A DNA stretch of 64,000 nt, from assembly GCA_964016885.1 (NCBI GenBank), contig OZ024755.1, positions 35,898,001 to 35,962,000 of the forward strand, written 5' to 3'. The notes below the pieces were generated by a model that worked only from the letters and a program-made list of their open reading frames with translations, was not told the DNA's origin and ran no database searches. The DNA is from Eledone cirrhosa. Taxonomy: Eukaryota. Below are positions 61,190 to 64,000 of this stretch, one piece after another. The position numbers and the translations under genes were made by a program. The number at the start of each line of letters is the position of its first letter. Position 1 is the stretch's first letter.

Positions 61190-61860
61190 AATAAATTCTA
61201 AAGCTTGAACAGTGTATTTTTAAATCTTGTTTACATATGGCATTTGGAATTAAGAAAACAAAACTATGCAACTACTGACTGGATCATCAAACAACAATGG
61301 AATGGTTGCTGCACAATATCGAATCGCTCTAGGTTGGGCAGCTTTCAACAAGAACAACGAAGTACTAACATCAAAAACGAGTTTCCTATCATTTCAAGGC
61401 TAAGATCTTTGATACTTACATCCTACCAGTTGTGTTATATGGTCTTGACTGTGTTAATTGGACGACAAGGTCACTTCAGAAGCTCTCTACATTCCAGAAC
61501 CACATCATGAGACTTATGACTGGTAAGCGGCTCAGCGACCATATCTGTATCAGTGAGCTGCTCAACATTACCAAACTTAGACCAATTACATCAATTGTCA
61601 AATCAAGAGTACTCAAACTATACGGCCATATAAAAAGATCAACTCATGGTGTGAGTAGGTTATGCCTGGAAGGAAGGTTGGCTGGTAAGAGAAGCAGAGG
61701 GCGGCAGCCAAAATAATGGCTTGACAATGTCAACTTATGGACTGGACTTGATCTTTGCTCTTTGACCTCTACTATTGGTGATCGAACTTTGTGGAGAAAG
61801 ATATCACATGTTGATGTGCAGTCTGTAACTGGCGGAGTTTAGTGTCACAAGAAGAAATAT
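61190..61860 (+). mobile_element. Degenerate RTE-like LINE 3' fragment (distinct family)
   Basis: KIFDTYILPVVLYGLDCVNWT...FQNHIMRLMTG...LKLYGHIKR...CLEGRLAGKRSRGRQPK*WLDNV. Confidence 0.82.
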
Positions 61861-62689
61861 GAAAAAAACATTGTTGTCTCTGATCAAGATGAAGCGAGAG
61901 TGTATTTGAATATATATAAAAATAAGAAAACTCATTGCTAGAAGAGCCATTAAAACAGCCAAATACTGTCAAAGACAGCAATGGGCAAAAATGCGTCAGA
62001 GGACAGAGACCAGTGGTCAAAAGAGAGACAATCCACAAGGTGGCTGACAGGCAGATGAAATATAGAAGATTGAAAGAGGAGGAGGACAAGAAGAAGTTTG
62101 TTGGTACACAGAAGTGAGTCATCATCATCAACATCACCATCACCATTTTACGTCCGTTCTTCCACACTAGCATGGGTTAGACGGGTTGTCCTGTTGTGGG
62201 CAGGGTACGGTCGGCTGACCTTGCCTTGCTCATACAGGAACTGATTTTGGCTTGATTTCTACAGCTGGATGCCCTTCCTAACACCAGTGAGTGCTGGGTG
62301 CTTTTTTTCTGTGGCACCTCCACGTCCACTTTACAGTGTGGGCTGGGTGCTTTTTTTGTTGTGACACCTCCATGACCACTTTGCAGTGGAATGATAGGGA
62401 CCCCAGTCCTATCATCTCATTTCTACAGCTGAGTAAACTGGAGCAATGTGAAATAAAGTGTCTTGCTCAAGGAAACAACACATCCCCCGGTCCAAGCATT
62501 GAATTCACAACCTTTCGATTGCAAGCCCAATGCACTAACCACTAAGCCATGTGCCTTCAGTGGAAGAGGAAATAAAGAAAGGTGATGTACAAGACAAGTT
62601 GACACACACACATCCTCACGGTCATCGGCTTTCAATAATATTATACTATATTTGCTTTCACCTGTTCCAGCCAATGAACTACGACTAGC

Positions 62690-62976
62690 GATCATCCCAT
62701 GGTTTCACATTGATGAATATAGGAGTTTGATACCGTTGCCCTCATTTTTGTTGCATGCCATACTGAAGGTTGATCTGAAATATCAGAATGTTGAGATGCT
62801 TCTAGAAAATATCTACACCCACTCCATGTATAGCTCTCATGGTTGTAACAGTGCATACATCTTGTGTGAAGCATATCCTTGAGGTCGTCGATCAGCAGTC
62901 TTTTCAGAAGCTCAGTTGAGCTGACATCATCCTTAGTGGTCACACCGTACATCCAAGCGGATCATAGCTCTGTCAT
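62690..62976 (-). mobile_element. Old RTE LINE fragment
   Basis: NDRAMIR..MYGVTTKDDVSSTELLKRLLIDDL is a typical RTE post-RT segment, degenerate. Confidence 0.6.
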
Positions 62977-62986
62977 TAGTTTAAAA

Positions 62987-63274
62987 CATGGGCAACCTGC
63001 AACCCGCGAACCTTTCTGAATAACTCGCCCAAGTCACTAAATGAAATCTTTCTAATTTTTTTATACCTCAACTTTTCAGCCATAATTTATCTTTCTATCA
63101 TTTTTACAATCGAGGAAAACAACGTGTACAAATTCTGAAGAAACAAATCAAAACAACCTGAGTTACTGCCCTATTTTTTAACGTGGGCACGAATGTAAAT
63201 TAGTGCTTGCATCCCGCCTGATGATGAGCCATATCTTATGCGGCCCGCTTCTCGTAAAAGGTTGCCCATGCCTG
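62987..63274. mobile_element. hAT (Charlie-like) MITE
   Basis: catgggcaacct / aggttgcccatgcctg ends with an 8-bp TSD gtttaaaa (62979-62986 and 63275-63282). The left TIR lacks its first 4 nt. Confidence 0.85.
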
Positions 63275-63535
63275 GTTTAAAACCTTTTCTCAATTCAGTT
63301 TGTAATGTATGTGGATGTGGGCTCCACTCTCCTCAAACTCTCTTAGCTCATATCCAGCTATCCATCTACTTTAAATGATTCTTCAAGTTCTACATTAGAT
63401 CTATTTATTTCAGCTCTCAACAATGTTTTAATTTGTGTAAATCGGAGAATGGGTTCCTGAGATACAGGGTTTTTCCAGGTACCAGCTCCCTGGTAACCAA
63501 TAACCATCTCTATATATATTATAACCCTCTCTATT

Positions 63536-63720
63536 GGTGGTGGATTGGCAGTATCGGTAGAGGGTCGGACGCAATGCTTTCCAGCATAGTTACGTCCCTT
63601 TACGGTCTGAGTCTAAATCCCACCGAGGTTTACTTTGCCTTTCATCCTTACGGGGTCGATAAAATAAAGTACCAGTAATGCACTGGTGAATTGCTGGCCT
63701 TATGCCTAAAGTAGAAACAA
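63536..63720 (+). mobile_element. Full-length SINE family A with 17-bp TSD
   Basis: TSD ttataaccctctctatt at 63519-63535 and 63721-63737. Confidence 0.92.
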
Positions 63721-64000
63721 TTATAACCCTCTCTATTTCTATATATTATGACCCTCCTTCTATATACATATATTACTAGACTACCCATAACCCAATAGGT
63801 CACGGGTGGTCTAGTATTAAATAATAAACTTCTGAAATTCCTTGGCTATCCTCATTAACCCTTTATCTCTCATAATATTGAATTTATGAGATTTTGATAT
63901 TATCTATTTTGTGAACAATACGTTGAGGTCAGTATGAGTGGCCAGTTACACCCAGTTTAAACAGAAAGAGGAGGATTCTGGCCGGGTACACCCGGTTTAA

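Noticed and set aside
61935-62117. 60-aa plus-strand ORF with a gtgagt donor
   Set aside because: It lies between LINE fragments, resembles a decayed LINE C-terminus, and has no acceptor or recognisable domain.

Overview
This is AT-rich, repeat-saturated animal genomic DNA. The SINE and RTE families look like those of an octopod cephalopod (inferred from recalled repeat motifs, no search run). Almost the whole window appears to be intron of one minus-strand gene that the ORF track misses: a Greatwall/MASTL-type Ser/Thr kinase. One exon is unambiguous (3672-3834, ...TPLRTPKSVRR...VLGTPDYLAPEIL...), one upstream phase-compatible exon is probable (19492-19599), and a few micro-exon candidates are weak. 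All long ORFs in the track (2634 aa, 688 aa, 449 aa etc.) are artefacts of stop-free tandem repeats. The rest is a layered record of mobile DNA: two tRNA-derived SINE families; RTE-clade and Dong/R4 LINE fragments; Tc1/mariner, hAT and piggyBac-like MITEs; Helitron-like elements; and Penelope-like inverted repeats carrying hammerhead-ribozyme motifs. There are also 78-, 71-, 42-, 30-, 27- and 24-bp tandem arrays. I see no prokaryotic or CRISPR-type system. The most unusual signals are the hammerhead-bearing palindromes, a twin-priming-type 5'-inverted LINE, a higher-order repeat structure in the 7.8-kb minisatellite, and a symmetric double Helitron end-to-start junction. Boundaries of degenerate repeats are approximate.
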